A stretch of 63,852 nucleotides of DNA, filler included. It is 5 parts of 5 records of this genome, joined end to end, with 100 filler letters (N's around TTAATTAATTAA, not from the genome) between each part and the next. Parts side by side here need not be neighbours in the genome. Positions count along the whole stretch, not along the records: positions 51,268 to 58,503 come from DRR723986_11366; positions 58,604 to 63,852 come from DRR723986_12545; 3 more parts are not named here. The stretch is one strand, 5' to 3'. A model generated the notes under the pieces. It saw only the letters and a list, made by a program, of their open reading frames with translations, searched no databases and was not told where the DNA came from. The position numbers and the translations under genes are program-made. Below are positions 53,593 through 63,852 of this stretch, piece after piece; position 1 is the first letter of the stretch, and the number at the start of each line of letters is the position of its first letter.

Positions 53593-53883
53593 ATGAGCGA
53601 TATTGTGAACGAAGCGGTAACAGCACTGAACGCAAAGATGGCAGATGCCGGTTTTGACGGCACGGCAAAGTTCGACATCGAAGGCGAAGGCGCTGTGATG
53701 ATCGACGGCTCCGGCGCACGTGCAGCTGACGAAGATGCGGATGTGACATTGAGCGCGGATGCAGAGACCTTTCGCGGCATTCTTGAGGGTGACACCAACC
53801 CCACGTCCGCTTTCATGACCGGCAAGCTCAAGGTTGACGGCGATATGGGCATGGCGATGAAGCTGGCCTCTGTTCTGTCCTGA
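53593..53883 (+). CDS. SCP2 sterol-binding domain protein
   Basis: AFMTGKLKVDGDMGMAMKL motif. Confidence 0.93.
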   Translation: MSDIVNEAVTALNAKMADAGFDGTAKFDIEGEGAVMIDGSGARAADEDADVTLSADAETFRGILEGDTNPTSAFMTGKLKVDGDMGMAMKLASVLS

Positions 53884-54830
53884 TGGAACTTTCCCCTGCC
53901 CCCTTTTTTACCGATGTGTACCCCGGACCAGAGGGGGGGCAGGCCCATTGGGCGCAAACGTCTGATGGAAAACGTATTCGTGTGGGCCACTGGCCTTTGT
54001 CCGGGGCCAAGGGCACGGTGTTGCTGTTTCCGGGACGTACCGAATATATCGAAAAATATGGGGTGATTGCACAGGATCTCGCGGATCGCGGTCTGGCCAC
54101 CATCGCCATTGACTGGCGCGGCCAAGGATTGGCGGAACGTCTGTGTGATGATCCGCGCATTGGCCATGTGGATGCCTTTTCCGATTATCAAAAAGACGTC
54201 TCGGCCATGTTGAGGGCGGCCCGTGAGCTGGCTTTGCCCCGGCCCTATTTTCTATTGGCACATTCCATGGGCGGCTGCATTGGCCTGCGGGCCGTGATGG
54301 AGGGGCTGCCGGTCAAGGCGGCGGCGTTCACCGGCCCGATGTGGGGCGTTTTCATCGCGCCGCATTTGCGGGCCGTCGCTGGCATGATGGCGCGGGTGAT
54401 GCCCGCCATCGGCAAAGGGCTAAGCCTTCCGCCCGGCACCAAGATTGATCCTTACGTGACGGTGCAACCCTTTGAAGACAACATGCTGACCACGGACAGC
54501 GAAATGTACGACATGATGCGCGATCAACTGGCCGCGCACCCCGAATTGGCCCTTGGTGCGCCCAGCTTTATCTGGTTGCGCGAGGCGCTGGCCGAAACCC
54601 AGCATCTGGCGGGGCGATCCGCGCCCAATTTGCCCGCCGTCAGCTGGCTTGGCAGCAACGAACGCATTGTTGAAACCGGCCGCATTCATCAACGGATGGA
54701 AACATGGAAGGGTGGCCGCCTTGAGATCGTCGAGGGCGGCGAACATGAAGTTTTGATGGAAAGCCGTGCCATGCGTACCCCCATTATGGACGATATGGCC
54801 AAGCTGTTTCTGGACACCGTCACCAGCTAA
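53883..54830 (+). CDS. Lysophospholipase-like alpha/beta hydrolase (PldB family)
   Basis: PGRTEYIEKY, DWRGQG, AHSMGG and HEVLME motifs. Confidence 0.9.
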   Translation: MELSPAPFFTDVYPGPEGGQAHWAQTSDGKRIRVGHWPLSGAKGTVLLFPGRTEYIEKYGVIAQDLADRGLATIAIDWRGQGLAERLCDDPRIGHVDAFSDYQKDVSAMLRAARELALPRPYFLLAHSMGGCIGLRAVMEGLPVKAAAFTGPMWGVFIAPHLRAVAGMMARVMPAIGKGLSLPPGTKIDPYVTVQPFEDNMLTTDSEMYDMMRDQLAAHPELALGAPSFIWLREALAETQHLAGRSAPNLPAVSWLGSNERIVETGRIHQRMETWKGGRLEIVEGGEHEVLMESRAMRTPIMDDMAKLFLDTVTS

Positions 54831-54888
54831 ACGTGCAAAAATCGCTTGCGGGTCTGTTCCTTTCGGCATGCCCGCCTAGATTGGATGC

Positions 54889-55902
54889 ATGACACAAACC
54901 GGCGTGCTGATCTTTACCGACAAGGGCATTTATTGCCCCGCGGGCGACTTCTATATCGACCCGTGGCGGCCCGTGGCGCGGGCCTTGATCACCCATGGCC
55001 ATGCCGATCATGCAAGATCGGGCATGGGCAGCTACCTTGCCACCCATGCCGCCCTGCCGGTGATGCGTCACCGCTTGGGCGAGATCAACGCCGAAGGCAT
55101 CGCCTATGGTGAGGTCAGGCGCATTGGCGGGGCAGATGTGTCATTTCACCCCGCCGGACATGTGCCGGGTTCGGCGCAGATCCGGGTTGAGGTTGCCGGT
55201 GAGGTCTTTGTCGCCTCTGGCGATTACAAAATCATTGATGACGGATTTTCCGAAGCCTTCGAGCCGATCAAGTGCCATCACTTCATCACCGAAAGCACCT
55301 TTGGCCTGCCAGTGTTCAACTGGCAATCACAAGCGCGGGTGGCGGATGAGATCAACAAATGGTGGGCAGGCTGCGCCGCACAGGGTAAAACCGCATTTCT
55401 GGGCGCCTATGCCTTGGGCAAGGCACAGCGGCTCTTGTCGATGTTGAACCCAGAGATTGGCCCGATCCTGACCCACACGGCGGTGGAAAACACCAATGCT
55501 GTGTTGCGCGGCCAAGGATACGGACTGCCCGAAACGGTGCTGGCCGGACCCGACATTGCGCCCAAGGACCACCCCGGCGCTTTGGTTCTGTCGCCGCCCT
55601 CCGCGTTGGGCAGTCAATGGGCGCGTAAATTCGGCCCCTCGGAAAGCGCGTTTGCCTCAGGCTGGATGGCATTGCGCGGCGTGCGCAGGCGCCGTGCCGG
55701 AGATCGCGGATTTGTCATTTCCGACCATGCGGATTGGCAAGGTTTGATTTGTGCAATTCGCGATACCGGTGCGGAAAACATATACGTCACACATGGTTAC
55801 ACCGACGTCTTCACGCGATTCCTGAACGAGGCGGGCTGGAACGCTCAAGTTGTCCCCACCCAGTTCGAAGGGGAAAATTTGGACAGCGGGGACGCCGCAT
55901 GA
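54889..55902 (+). CDS. Ligase-associated DNA damage response exonuclease (metallo-beta-lactamase/beta-CASP)
   Basis: IDPWRPV, THGHADH, AGHVPGS, TESTFGLP, SDHADW and THG motifs. Confidence 0.93.
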   Translation: MTQTGVLIFTDKGIYCPAGDFYIDPWRPVARALITHGHADHARSGMGSYLATHAALPVMRHRLGEINAEGIAYGEVRRIGGADVSFHPAGHVPGSAQIRVEVAGEVFVASGDYKIIDDGFSEAFEPIKCHHFITESTFGLPVFNWQSQARVADEINKWWAGCAAQGKTAFLGAYALGKAQRLLSMLNPEIGPILTHTAVENTNAVLRGQGYGLPETVLAGPDIAPKDHPGALVLSPPSALGSQWARKFGPSESAFASGWMALRGVRRRRAGDRGFVISDHADWQGLICAIRDTGAENIYVTHGYTDVFTRFLNEAGWNAQVVPTQFEGENLDSGDAA

Positions 55903-57497
55903 AACAGTTTGCAACCCTCTTTACCGCCATTGACCAAAGCACCAAAACCACGGTGAAAGTGGCCGCATTGGCCGATTATTTTGGCGAAGCTCCCGAAGAG
56001 GACCGTTTGTGGACCGTTGCGCTGTTTTCCGGCCGCCGACCCAAACGTGCGGTGACCACCACCCGTCTGCGGGAATGGGCGGCAGAGGTGGCGGAACTGC
56101 CGCTTTGGTTGTTTGAGGAAAGCTATAGCGTTGTTGGGGATCTGGCCGAAACGATTGCTCTGATCCTGCCGCCAAACCCTTCTGTGGATAATCGTTCCTT
56201 GACGTTCTGGATCAATGCCTTGCGCGGTCTTGCGGATGTGGACGAAGCGCAGCGCAAAGCCTTTGTTCTGGACGCGTGGCAACAGCTTGGCGGGGCAGAG
56301 CGGTTTTTGTTCAACAAGTTACTCACAGGCGGTTTCAGGGTGGGGATAAGTCAAAAGCTGATGACCCGTGCGCTGGCCAGAGCCACGGGCAAGCCCGAGG
56401 CAGAACTGGCGCATCGGCTGATGGGCAATTGGCACCCCGATGAGGTGAGCTGGCACAATCTGATCGAGGCCGAAGACGCCAGCGCCGATGCCTCGCGGCC
56501 TTATCCTTTTTATCTGGCCTATGCGCTGGAGGATGGGCCGAACACTTTGGATGATCCGTCAAATTGGCAGGCAGAATGGAAGTGGGACGGCATTCGCGGG
56601 CAATTGATCCTGCGCGACGGGTCGTATTTTGTCTGGTCCCGCGGCGAAGAGCTGATGACGGATCGCTTTCCCGAACTGGCCCGCGCCATTGACCACCTGC
56701 CCCCCGGCACCGTTTTGGACGGGGAGTTGCTGGTCTGGCAGGAGGGCGCTGACAAACCCTCCTCTTTCAATGCGTTACAAAAACGGATTGGGCGTAAAAC
56801 CGTGCCCAAAAAGCTTCTGGCGGAGGCGCCCGTGGTCCTGCATGCCTATGACCTGCTGGAATGGGAAGGCGTTGATCTGCGCAGCCGTCCTTTTGCCGAG
56901 CGGCGCGGATTGCTTGAACAGGCCACCGCCGCCCTGCCCCGCGATGCACCGGTGCGCCTGTCGCCGCAACTGGCCTTTGACACATGGGATGATCTGGCCG
57001 CCCTGCGCAGCGGGGCGCGGGAGGCCCATGCCGAGGGCCTCATGCTCAAACGCGCCGATAGCCCCTATCTGGCGGGCCGGAAAAAGGGCGATTGGTGGAA
57101 ATGGAAATTGGAGCCGCTGACCATTGATGCCGTGATGATCTATGCGCAATCGGGGTCGGGGCGGCGGGCAAACCTGTTCACCGATTTCACTTTTGCGGTC
57201 TGGAATGGCAATGATCTGTTGCCCTTTACCAAGGCCTATTCCGGCCTGACGGATGCAGAATTTCGCCAGATCACCGCATGGGTGCGCAAGAACACCCTGC
57301 AACGGTTCGGTCCGGTGCGGCAGGTCACGCCGCATCATGTGTTCGAAATTGCCTTTGAAGGGATCCAGGCCAGTCCGCGCCACAAATCCGGCGTCGCCCT
57401 GCGGTTCCCGCGTATGAAACGCTGGCGTCAGGACAAGCCCCTGCAAGAGGCCAATACGCTGGATGATCTGAACGAAATGCTGCGCATATACGGGTAA
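55899..57497 (+). CDS. ATP-dependent DNA ligase
   Basis: EWKWDGIR (KxDG), LDGE, EGLMLK and LRFPR motifs; ATGA overlap with the exonuclease stop. Confidence 0.95.
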   Translation: MKQFATLFTAIDQSTKTTVKVAALADYFGEAPEEDRLWTVALFSGRRPKRAVTTTRLREWAAEVAELPLWLFEESYSVVGDLAETIALILPPNPSVDNRSLTFWINALRGLADVDEAQRKAFVLDAWQQLGGAERFLFNKLLTGGFRVGISQKLMTRALARATGKPEAELAHRLMGNWHPDEVSWHNLIEAEDASADASRPYPFYLAYALEDGPNTLDDPSNWQAEWKWDGIRGQLILRDGSYFVWSRGEELMTDRFPELARAIDHLPPGTVLDGELLVWQEGADKPSSFNALQKRIGRKTVPKKLLAEAPVVLHAYDLLEWEGVDLRSRPFAERRGLLEQATAALPRDAPVRLSPQLAFDTWDDLAALRSGAREAHAEGLMLKRADSPYLAGRKKGDWWKWKLEPLTIDAVMIYAQSGSGRRANLFTDFTFAVWNGNDLLPFTKAYSGLTDAEFRQITAWVRKNTLQRFGPVRQVTPHHVFEIAFEGIQASPRHKSGVALRFPRMKRWRQDKPLQEANTLDDLNEMLRIYG

Positions 57498-57556
57498 AAG
57501 GTTGTTCCCCCTGCCCCTCGCGCATAGGTATTCCCAAACACCAAATGAGGTCCAAT

Positions 57557-58503
57557 ATGTTTCAGCTGCCCTTTCCTGTTCGTGATGCCAATGCCGCCGG
57601 TGGCGAAAGCCCGTTTGGCGATCTGCCCGAATGGGATCTGAGCGATCTTTATGCCGGTGAAGACGCGCCCGAGCTCAAGCGTGATCTCGACTGGCTGGAA
57701 CAGGCCTGTGCCAGCTTTGCCGCGGATTATGAGGGCAAGCTGGCCGATCTGGACGCGGCAGGTTTGCTTGATTGTGTGCTGCGCAACGAACGGATCAACA
57801 TGATCGCCGGGCGCATCATGTCCTTTGCGGGGCTACGGTATTATCAGCTGACCACCGATGCGGGCCGGGCCAAATTTATGTCCGACTGCCAGGAAAAGAT
57901 CACCAATTTCACCACGCCGCTGGTGTTCTTCACGCTGGAACTGAACCGGTTGGAAGATGATCATCTGGACGGACTTTTGGCGCAGAACGCGGATCTGGCC
58001 CGCTACAAGCCGGTGTTCGACCGCATTCGCGCGATGAAGCCCTATCAGCTGTCCGATGAGTTGGAAAAATTCCTGCATGATCTAGGGGTTGTCGGCGACG
58101 CATGGGAACGGATGTTCGACGAAACCATCGCCGGGCTTGAATTTAATGTGCTTGGTGAGCCGTTGAATATCGAAGGCACTTTGAACCTGCTCACCGATCC
58201 GGACCGCGAAAAGCGTGAGGCCGCCTCGCATGAGCTGGCAGATGTTCTGGGCGCGAATGTCAAAACCTTTGCACGGGTGCACAACACCCAGACCAAGGAA
58301 AAAGAAATCATCGACCGCTGGCGCGGCATGGAAACCCCGCAAACCGGCCGGCATCTGAGCAATCAGGTGGAGCCCGAGGTGGTTGAGGCGCTGCGCAATG
58401 CGGTTGTGAAGGCCTATCCCAAGCTGAGCCACCGCTATTATGAGCTCAAACGCAAGTGGCTGGGTCTGGACGTGATGCAGGTCTGGGACCGCAACGCGCC
58501 GCT
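57557..58503 (+). CDS. pepF: M3 family oligoendopeptidase F, 3' truncated
   Basis: LPEWDLSDLY, FFTLELN, HRYYELK and WDRNAP motifs. The HExxH motif lies beyond the contig end. Confidence 0.9.
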
Positions 58504-58603
58504 NNNNNNNNNNNNNNNNNNNNNNNNNNNNNNNNNNNNNNNNNNNNTTAATTAATTAANNNNNNNNNNNNNNNNNNNNNNNNNNNNNNNNNNNNNNNNN
58601 NNN
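58504..58603. other. Artificial contig spacer
   Basis: N44-TTAATTAATTAA-N44. Confidence 0.99.
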
Positions 58604-58684
58604 CGCAGGACGCAAGGCCAAAGGCCGCGCAGGCTGAAAGCACATAACGGATATATTAGAAAAGTGACCGTGCCAGAGGGGCAG

Positions 58685-59281
58685 TTACAGACCCCGCACC
58701 CCGTGCAGGGTCAATTTGGAAACCACCGCAGCATAATCTTCGCGCGCGTCCGGGCCTGCCCCAGCATTCCACATGTAGTACCAGTTCAGCATACCAAAGA
58801 CTGACATCGTTGCTGCGCGCAATTTGTCAGCGTCAGTGCCAAACACATCCGGGGCGATCTCTGCAATGATACCGTTCAGGAACTCGACCATATCACGTTG
58901 ATAGCCACGTAGCACCTTTTGCTGCTCTTCCGGCAAAGCGGACATACCGCTGGTTTGCACCCGGTGCTCATCATCAACCCCCTGATAGGCCAACAGAATT
59001 TCCGCAATCACCTTGTGCAAGCGCTCTTCCGCATTCAACCCTTCGATCTGAATGCCACAGATCAGATCCCGCAGCTCGCGCAAATAGATCTCAAGGATGT
59101 CAAATAGAATGGCATCCTTGCTGTCATAGTAGTGATAGATATTGGCCTTGGAAATCCCGCACTCTCGCGCCAGCTGTGTCATCGACGCCCGATCAAATCC
59201 CTCGCGCGCAAACACGCGCGCGGCAGATTTCAGAATTTGAGCACGCTTTTGATCGTGGTCTTTTGCAATCGTGCGGGCCAA
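58685..59281 (-). CDS. paaR: TetR family regulator of phenylacetate catabolism
   Basis: TetR HTH (GISKANIYHYY) and FGMLNW; directly downstream of paaK; TTG start. Confidence 0.85.
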   Translation of the reverse strand: MARTIAKDHDQKRAQILKSAARVFAREGFDRASMTQLARECGISKANIYHYYDSKDAILFDILEIYLRELRDLICGIQIEGLNAEERLHKVIAEILLAYQGVDDEHRVQTSGMSALPEEQQKVLRGYQRDMVEFLNGIIAEIAPDVFGTDADKLRAATMSVFGMLNWYYMWNAGAGPDAREDYAAVVSKLTLHGVRGL

Positions 59282-59284
59282 ATC

Positions 59285-60595
59285 TTATTCCTTGTCTCGA
59301 TTATCAATGACGCGTTGCGCCTTGCCTTCAGAACGGGCAACCTCACCCGGGTCCCCCACCACGATTTCTGTCGAGACACCGACCATATCCTTGATCCGCT
59401 TGCTCAACATCCGCGCCGAAGCGGTTTTGCTCAGCTCATCAGCGGCATCCGGGTTTGCCTCAACATAAACGCGCAGCGCATCCATACGGCCAGATTTGTA
59501 GAGTTCAATCTGGAAATGCGGCGAAAGGCCGCCCGTCGCCATCAATTGCTCTTCGATCTGGGTTGGGAACACATTTACACCACGCAGGATGATCATGTCA
59601 TCTGACCGGCCGGTGATTTTCTCCATCCGTCGCATAGAACGCGCAGTTCCGGGCAGCAGACGGGTCAGATCGCGGGTGCGATAGCGGATCATCGGCAGAC
59701 CTTCTTTGGTCAGTGTAGTGAATACCAGCTCGCCCATTTCGCCATCTGGAACCACCTCACCTGTCTGTGGGTCAATGATTTCAGGATAGAAATGATCCTC
59801 CCACACGTGCAGGCCATCTTTGGTTTCAACACATTCATTGGCCACACCCGGCCCCATGATTTCCGACAGTCCATAGATATCGACCGCGTGCATATCGAAC
59901 GCTTTCTCGACTTCCAAACGCATGGCATTGGTCCAAGGCTCAGCCCCGAACACACCCACCGACAAAGAACTGTCGCGCGGGTCCAGCCCCTGTTTATGGA
60001 ACTCTTCAAGAATGTTGAGCATATAAGACGGGGTCACCATGATGCCGTCAGGCTTGAAATCGTTGATCAGGCCAACCTGTTTCTTGGTCTGCCCGCCGCC
60101 CATGGGCACAACCGTCGCGCCCAGACGTTCGATGCCGTAATGCGCACCCAAGCCACCGGTAAACAAACCATAACCATAGGCGTTGTGTACCATGTTGCCC
60201 CGGCGCAGACCCGAAGCGCGCAGTGAACGCGCCAACAGATCGGCCCAGTTGTTGATATCCCCTTCGGTATAGCCGACCACTGTCGCCTTGCCGGTGGTTC
60301 CTGACGAGGCATGTAGACGGATGATCTGCTCGCGCGGAACCGCAAACAGGCCAAACGGATAGTTGTCACGCAGATCGTTTTTATAGGTGAACGGGAACTT
60401 GGACAGATCCGCCAGCGACTTCAGATCATCCGGGTGTACACCCGCCTCGTCAAACCGCTGCTTGTACATCGCCACATTATCATAGGCATGGCGCAACGAC
60501 CATTTCATGCGCTCCAGCTGGGTCGCGCGGATCTCGTCGATCGAGGCAATCTCGATTGGGTCAAGGTCGGCCTTGTTTGGGGTCAAATCTTTCAT
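59285..60595 (-). CDS. paaK: Phenylacetate-CoA ligase
   Basis: LRDNYPFG, HASSGTTG, YGYGLFTGGLG, DIYGLSE and GRSDDM motifs. Confidence 0.97.
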   Translation of the reverse strand: MKDLTPNKADLDPIEIASIDEIRATQLERMKWSLRHAYDNVAMYKQRFDEAGVHPDDLKSLADLSKFPFTYKNDLRDNYPFGLFAVPREQIIRLHASSGTTGKATVVGYTEGDINNWADLLARSLRASGLRRGNMVHNAYGYGLFTGGLGAHYGIERLGATVVPMGGGQTKKQVGLINDFKPDGIMVTPSYMLNILEEFHKQGLDPRDSSLSVGVFGAEPWTNAMRLEVEKAFDMHAVDIYGLSEIMGPGVANECVETKDGLHVWEDHFYPEIIDPQTGEVVPDGEMGELVFTTLTKEGLPMIRYRTRDLTRLLPGTARSMRRMEKITGRSDDMIILRGVNVFPTQIEEQLMATGGLSPHFQIELYKSGRMDALRVYVEANPDAADELSKTASARMLSKRIKDMVGVSTEIVVGDPGEVARSEGKAQRVIDNRDKE

Positions 60596-60610
60596 GGGTT
60601 CCTCCTCGGC

Positions 60611-61045
60611 TCAGGACTCGTCGAACAGAGAGCCCTTGATCGCGCGGGAAAAACCCCGAAATTCCGCGATCTTACGGCCGTCCTGATTGGTTACTGTCAC
60701 ATCATAAATTCCGCTGCGCTCGGTCAGGCTCAGCTCAGTCGCTTTGGCAATCAACCGGTCGCCCAACTGTCCCGGCGCAGTAAAGCTGATCACATTGTGC
60801 TGTGCCACGGTCGACTGATTGCGGCTGTTGCAGGCAAAAGCAAAGGCGCTATCGGCCAGCATAAAGGTCACACCACCGTGGCAGATCGCATGGCCATTGC
60901 AATGATGCGCTTTGACCGTCATTTCCAGCGTCGCGGTCGCCTCGTCGATATGGGTGATCTCCATCCCGGCCCATTGCGAGGCCTGATCGCCGTCCCACAT
61001 GGCCTGCGCGGCACGTTCTGCACGTTCTTTGGGTGTCATAATCAT
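60611..61045 (-). CDS. paaI: Hydroxyphenylacetyl-CoA thioesterase
   Basis: NGH.ICHGG, LADSAFAFACNS and RSGIYDV motifs. Confidence 0.95.
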   Translation of the reverse strand: MIMTPKERAERAAQAMWDGDQASQWAGMEITHIDEATATLEMTVKAHHCNGHAICHGGVTFMLADSAFAFACNSRNQSTVAQHNVISFTAPGQLGDRLIAKATELSLTERSGIYDVTVTNQDGRKIAEFRGFSRAIKGSLFDES

Positions 61046-61827
61046 TTGCCCTGAAACTTGGGGGCGCGTTTTTCAAGGAACGACGAAACGCCCTCGGCGT
61101 AATCCGCGCTTTCACCACAGGTTTTCATAGCGTCGGCCTCCATCTCCAGATGGTCTTCCAACGTGTCCACAGCGGCGGCCTGAATGCATTGCTTCGTCAA
61201 GCCCAGTCCCAATGTCGGACCATCCGCCAACTTCGCCGCCAGCGCGCGCGCCTCTTCCATCAGTTGATCATCAGCAACCGCTTTCCAAATCAGCCCCCAA
61301 TCCTCGGCCTGTTTTGCGAGCAACGGCTGCGCAGTAAAGGCCAACCCTTTGGCGCGTGCCTCACCCAACAGGCGCGGCAAGTGCCACGATCCGCCTGTGT
61401 CAGGGATCAGACCCACCTTAGAAAACGACTGAATGAACTTGGCGCTTTCAGCAGCCAGCACCATGTCACAAGCCAGCGCCACATTGGCTCCCGCCCCGGC
61501 AGCAACCCCGTTCACGGCACAAATAACCGGGAAATCAAGTGACCGGATCAAGTTGACCAGCGGCGCATAAAACGTACGCACGGTTTTCGACAAATCAGGT
61601 GGGCCATCCATCTTGGAGGGATCACGATCCCCCAGATCCTGCCCCGCGCAAAACCCGCGCCCTGCCCCGGTCAACAGCACCGCACGGGCCCCATTATCGC
61701 GGGCCCCTTCCAGAGTCGCACGCAATGCATAATGCATCTCGTCATTAAAGCTATTCAGACGATCAGGACGGTTCAGGGTGATTTCAACCCAATTCCCATG
61801 ATCTTGCGCAAGAATCGTATCACTCAT
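61042..61827 (-). CDS. paaG: 2-(1,2-epoxy-1,2-dihydrophenyl)acetyl-CoA isomerase
   Basis: LNRPDRLNSF, GFCAGQDL, GVAAGAGA and GLIPDTGG (catalytic Asp) motifs. Confidence 0.93.
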   Translation of the reverse strand: MSDTILAQDHGNWVEITLNRPDRLNSFNDEMHYALRATLEGARDNGARAVLLTGAGRGFCAGQDLGDRDPSKMDGPPDLSKTVRTFYAPLVNLIRSLDFPVICAVNGVAAGAGANVALACDMVLAAESAKFIQSFSKVGLIPDTGGSWHLPRLLGEARAKGLAFTAQPLLAKQAEDWGLIWKAVADDQLMEEARALAAKLADGPTLGLGLTKQCIQAAAVDTLEDHLEMEADAMKTCGESADYAEGVSSFLEKRAPKFQGK

Positions 61828-61867
61828 GTCAGACCCGCTTTTCATATGTTTCGACAAAACTGTTGCA

Positions 61868-61887
61868 TTAACCGAACGGTTGGTCAA
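61868..61887. promoter_or_regulatory. PaaR operator
   Basis: TTAACCGA-ACGG-TTGGTCAA, an imperfect palindrome with one mismatch to ACCGA-N4-TCGGT, in the divergent intergenic region. Confidence 0.75.
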
Positions 61888-61931
61888 TAAATTTCTTGAA
61901 TATGACGAATCTCCGATACGAGGGCACAGAT

Positions 61932-63852
61932 ATGACCGCCAGCACAGTTGTGAACGTAACACGGGACGGCGATATCGCCTGGGTCGAGATTGCTAATCCT
62001 CCGGTCAATGCAACATCGACCGCAGTGCGTGCCGGGCTGGCGCATGCCATAGCCCAAGTGCAAGGCGCGCGTGTTGCCATCCTGTCCTGTGCCGGGCGCA
62101 CTTTTGTTGCGGGCGGTGACATGTCCGAGTTTGATCGCCCCGCCGAAGAGCCCCACCTGCCCGACGTAGTGCAGATGCTGGAAGACAGCGAAACGCCCTT
62201 TATCGCTGCCATGCACGGTACAGTTCTGGGCGGCGGGTTGGAGCTCGCCATGGGCTGCGCATGGCGTATCGCAGCCGAGGGCACCAAATTCGGCCTGCCC
62301 GAGGTCAACGTGGGCCTGATCCCCGGCGCTGGAGGCACCCAACGCGCGCCGCGTCTGGTTGGCATGTCCGCCGCCATAGATCTGGCGTGCTCGGGCAAAA
62401 TCATCCCCGCCACGCAGATGCTGCAATTGGGTGGCATTGATCAGATCACAAGCGGGGATCTCAAAGAGGCTGCGCGCGCCTTTGCCGCCGCCCTGCCTGA
62501 CCGCCCCAGCAAGATCCGTGACCGCACGGTTGCGGCCTTGGATGCCGACGCCTATGCCGCCGCAGAAACCGCTCTGAAAAAACGCGCCAAAGGTCAGCAA
62601 TCGCCGCTGTTGAACCTTGAAGCGCTGCAATGGGCCGCCCTGCCTTTTGCCGAAGGGCAGCCAAAGGAACGCGCCCGCCACCTTGAGCTGCGCAAATCCT
62701 CCGAAAGCCAGGCGTTGCGTTATGCGTTCTTTTCCGAGCGCGCCGTCAGCAAGCCCAAAGCCATCGAAGGCATCGCGCCCCGCGACCTGAACCACGTCGC
62801 CATCGTCGGTGGTGGTTTGATGGGCGCCGGGATCGCCATGGCCTGTCTGACCGGCGGATTAACCGTCACCGTGATTGAACGCGACACCGAGGCAGCCGCC
62901 AGCGCGCAGGCCCGTGTCGCCGGGCTGATCGAAGGCGGCGTAAAGCGGGGCAAAATATCCCCTGCCAAACAGGCCGAGATGATCCAGCGTCTGATCACAA
63001 CCGACACCTATTCCGATGCCGCGCAGGTCGATCTGGCGCTCGAGGCGGTGTTTGAGGATCTGGATGTCAAACGCTCTGTGTTCCAGCAATTGGCCTCGGT
63101 GGTGTCCAAGGACGCAATCCTTGCCACCAACACCTCTTACCTTGATCCCACACAGATCTTTGACGGCATCCCCAACCTGTCCCGCTGCGTCGGACTGCAC
63201 TTTTTCAGCCCCGCCCATGTGATGAAATTGCTCGAGATCGTCAAAACCCCCGACACCGCGCCTGACGTCTTGGCCACCGGCTTTGCCCTTGGCAAACGCC
63301 TGCGCAAGATCTCGGTCCTGTCGGGCATCTGCGACGGGTTCATCGGCAACCGTATGCTGGCCGCGTATCGGCGCGAAGCGGAATACCTGCTGGCCGACGG
63401 CGCCCTCCCGCACGAGGTCGATGCCGCCGCACGCGGCGCGGGTCTGCCCATGGGGCCGTTTGAGTTGCAGGACCTGACCGGATTGCAAATCGCTTGGGCC
63501 AATCGCAAACGCCAAGCCGCAACGCGTGACCCGAACGAACGCTACGAACGTATTGCCGACACGCTGTGTGAAATGGATCGTTTGGGCCAGCGCGCAGGCA
63601 AAGGCTGGTATACTTATGCGGAGGGCAACCGCGCCCCACAGAGGGATCCCGAGGTGGACAAGCTGATCCTGCAATACTCCGCAGATCGCGGCATCACCCG
63701 CCGTGCATACTCAACACAGGAAATCGCCGATCGCCTGATCGCCGTGCTCGCCAACGAGGGCGCACGTATTGTCGCCGAGGGCATCGCCGAGCGGGCTGAA
63801 GACGTGGATATGGTCAAGCTTCACGGCTACGGCTTCCCGCGCTGGCGCGGCG
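61932..63852 (+). CDS. Bifunctional enoyl-CoA hydratase / 3-hydroxyacyl-CoA dehydrogenase (FadB/PimF-like), 3' truncated; missing from the ORF track
   Basis: Hand translation from ATG 61932: [65 protein letters not shown] and PMGPF. Confidence 0.93.
   Translation, partial: MTASTVVNVTRDGDIAWVEIANPPVNATSTAVRAGLAHAIAQVQGARVAILSCAGRTFVAGGDMSEFDRPAEEPHLPDVVQMLEDSETPFIAAMHGTVLGGGLELAMGCAWRIAAEGTKFGLPEVNVGLIPGAGGTQRAPRLVGMSAAIDLACSGKIIPATQMLQLGGIDQITSGDLKEAARAFAAALPDRPSKIRDRTVAALDADAYAAAETALKKRAKGQQSPLLNLEALQWAALPFAEGQPKERARHLELRKSSESQALRYAFFSERAVSKPKAIEGIAPRDLNHVAIVGGGLMGAGIAMACLTGGLTVTVIERDTEAAASAQARVAGLIEGGVKRGKISPAKQAEMIQRLITTDTYSDAAQVDLALEAVFEDLDVKRSVFQQLASVVSKDAILATNTSYLDPTQIFDGIPNLSRCVGLHFFSPAHVMKLLEIVKTPDTAPDVLATGFALGKRLRKISVLSGICDGFIGNRMLAAYRREAEYLLADGALPHEVDAAARGAGLPMGPFELQDLTGLQIAWANRKRQAATRDPNERYERIADTLCEMDRLGQRAGKGWYTYAEGNRAPQRDPEVDKLILQYSADRGITRRAYSTQEIADRLIAVLANEGARIVAEGIAERAEDVDMVKLHGYGFPRWRG

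Noticed and set aside
54845..54870. Possible alphaproteobacterial LexA box upstream of the exonuclease
   Set aside because: Only one GTTC half-site is present; GTTC-N7-GTTC is not satisfied on either side.
58604..58647. Possible 3' end of a plus-strand gene at the start of contig 5
   Set aside because: The fragment is too short to assign a frame or product.

Overview
The window is not one locus. It is five unrelated contigs joined by 100-bp artificial spacers (N44-TTAATTAATTAA-N44) at 22696-22795, 35357-35456, 51168-51267 and 58504-58603, and all five look alphaproteobacterial. Contig 1 (1-22695, lowest GC) carries a truncated glycine riboswitch, ispH-thrB-rnhA, an accessory hydrolase/redox/SPFH block, prx-DsbD-domain-yqgE, the aa3 oxidase operon (ctaC-ctaD-ctaB-small ORF-ctaG-ctaE-DUF983-surf1) followed by thrC and an M16 peptidase, and a partial tldD. 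Contig 2 (22796-35356, Roseobacter-like) carries dgcN, malyl-CoA lyase, a racemase-fold orphan, a PA14 protein, Lrp/LysE, AraC, accA, a lytic transglycosylase, a NitT/TauT ABC transporter, GntR, an M48 protein, a TIGR02300 protein and a partial tRNA-Ala. Contig 3 (35457-51167, very high GC Rhodobacteraceae) carries a GTA-type endolysin, a PRC-barrel protein, zwf-pgl-pgi, a nucleoside hydrolase, GNAT, selO, DMT, DUF533, fur and cysK-mscS-alaX. Contig 4 (51268-58503) carries a Suv3-like helicase, TPR, SCP2, lysophospholipase, the ligase-associated exonuclease with its ATP-dependent ligase, and a partial pepF. Contig 5 (58604-63852) carries paaG-paaI-paaK-paaR and a divergent FadB-like gene. Content is mostly housekeeping: I found no CRISPR array, transposase, integrase or defence system, and no clearly new multi-gene system. 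The best novelty lead is an unassigned ~195-nt structured RNA candidate upstream of zwf. Weaker leads are several regulatory motifs and orphan proteins. All family calls come from motif recognition by eye, not from database searches.
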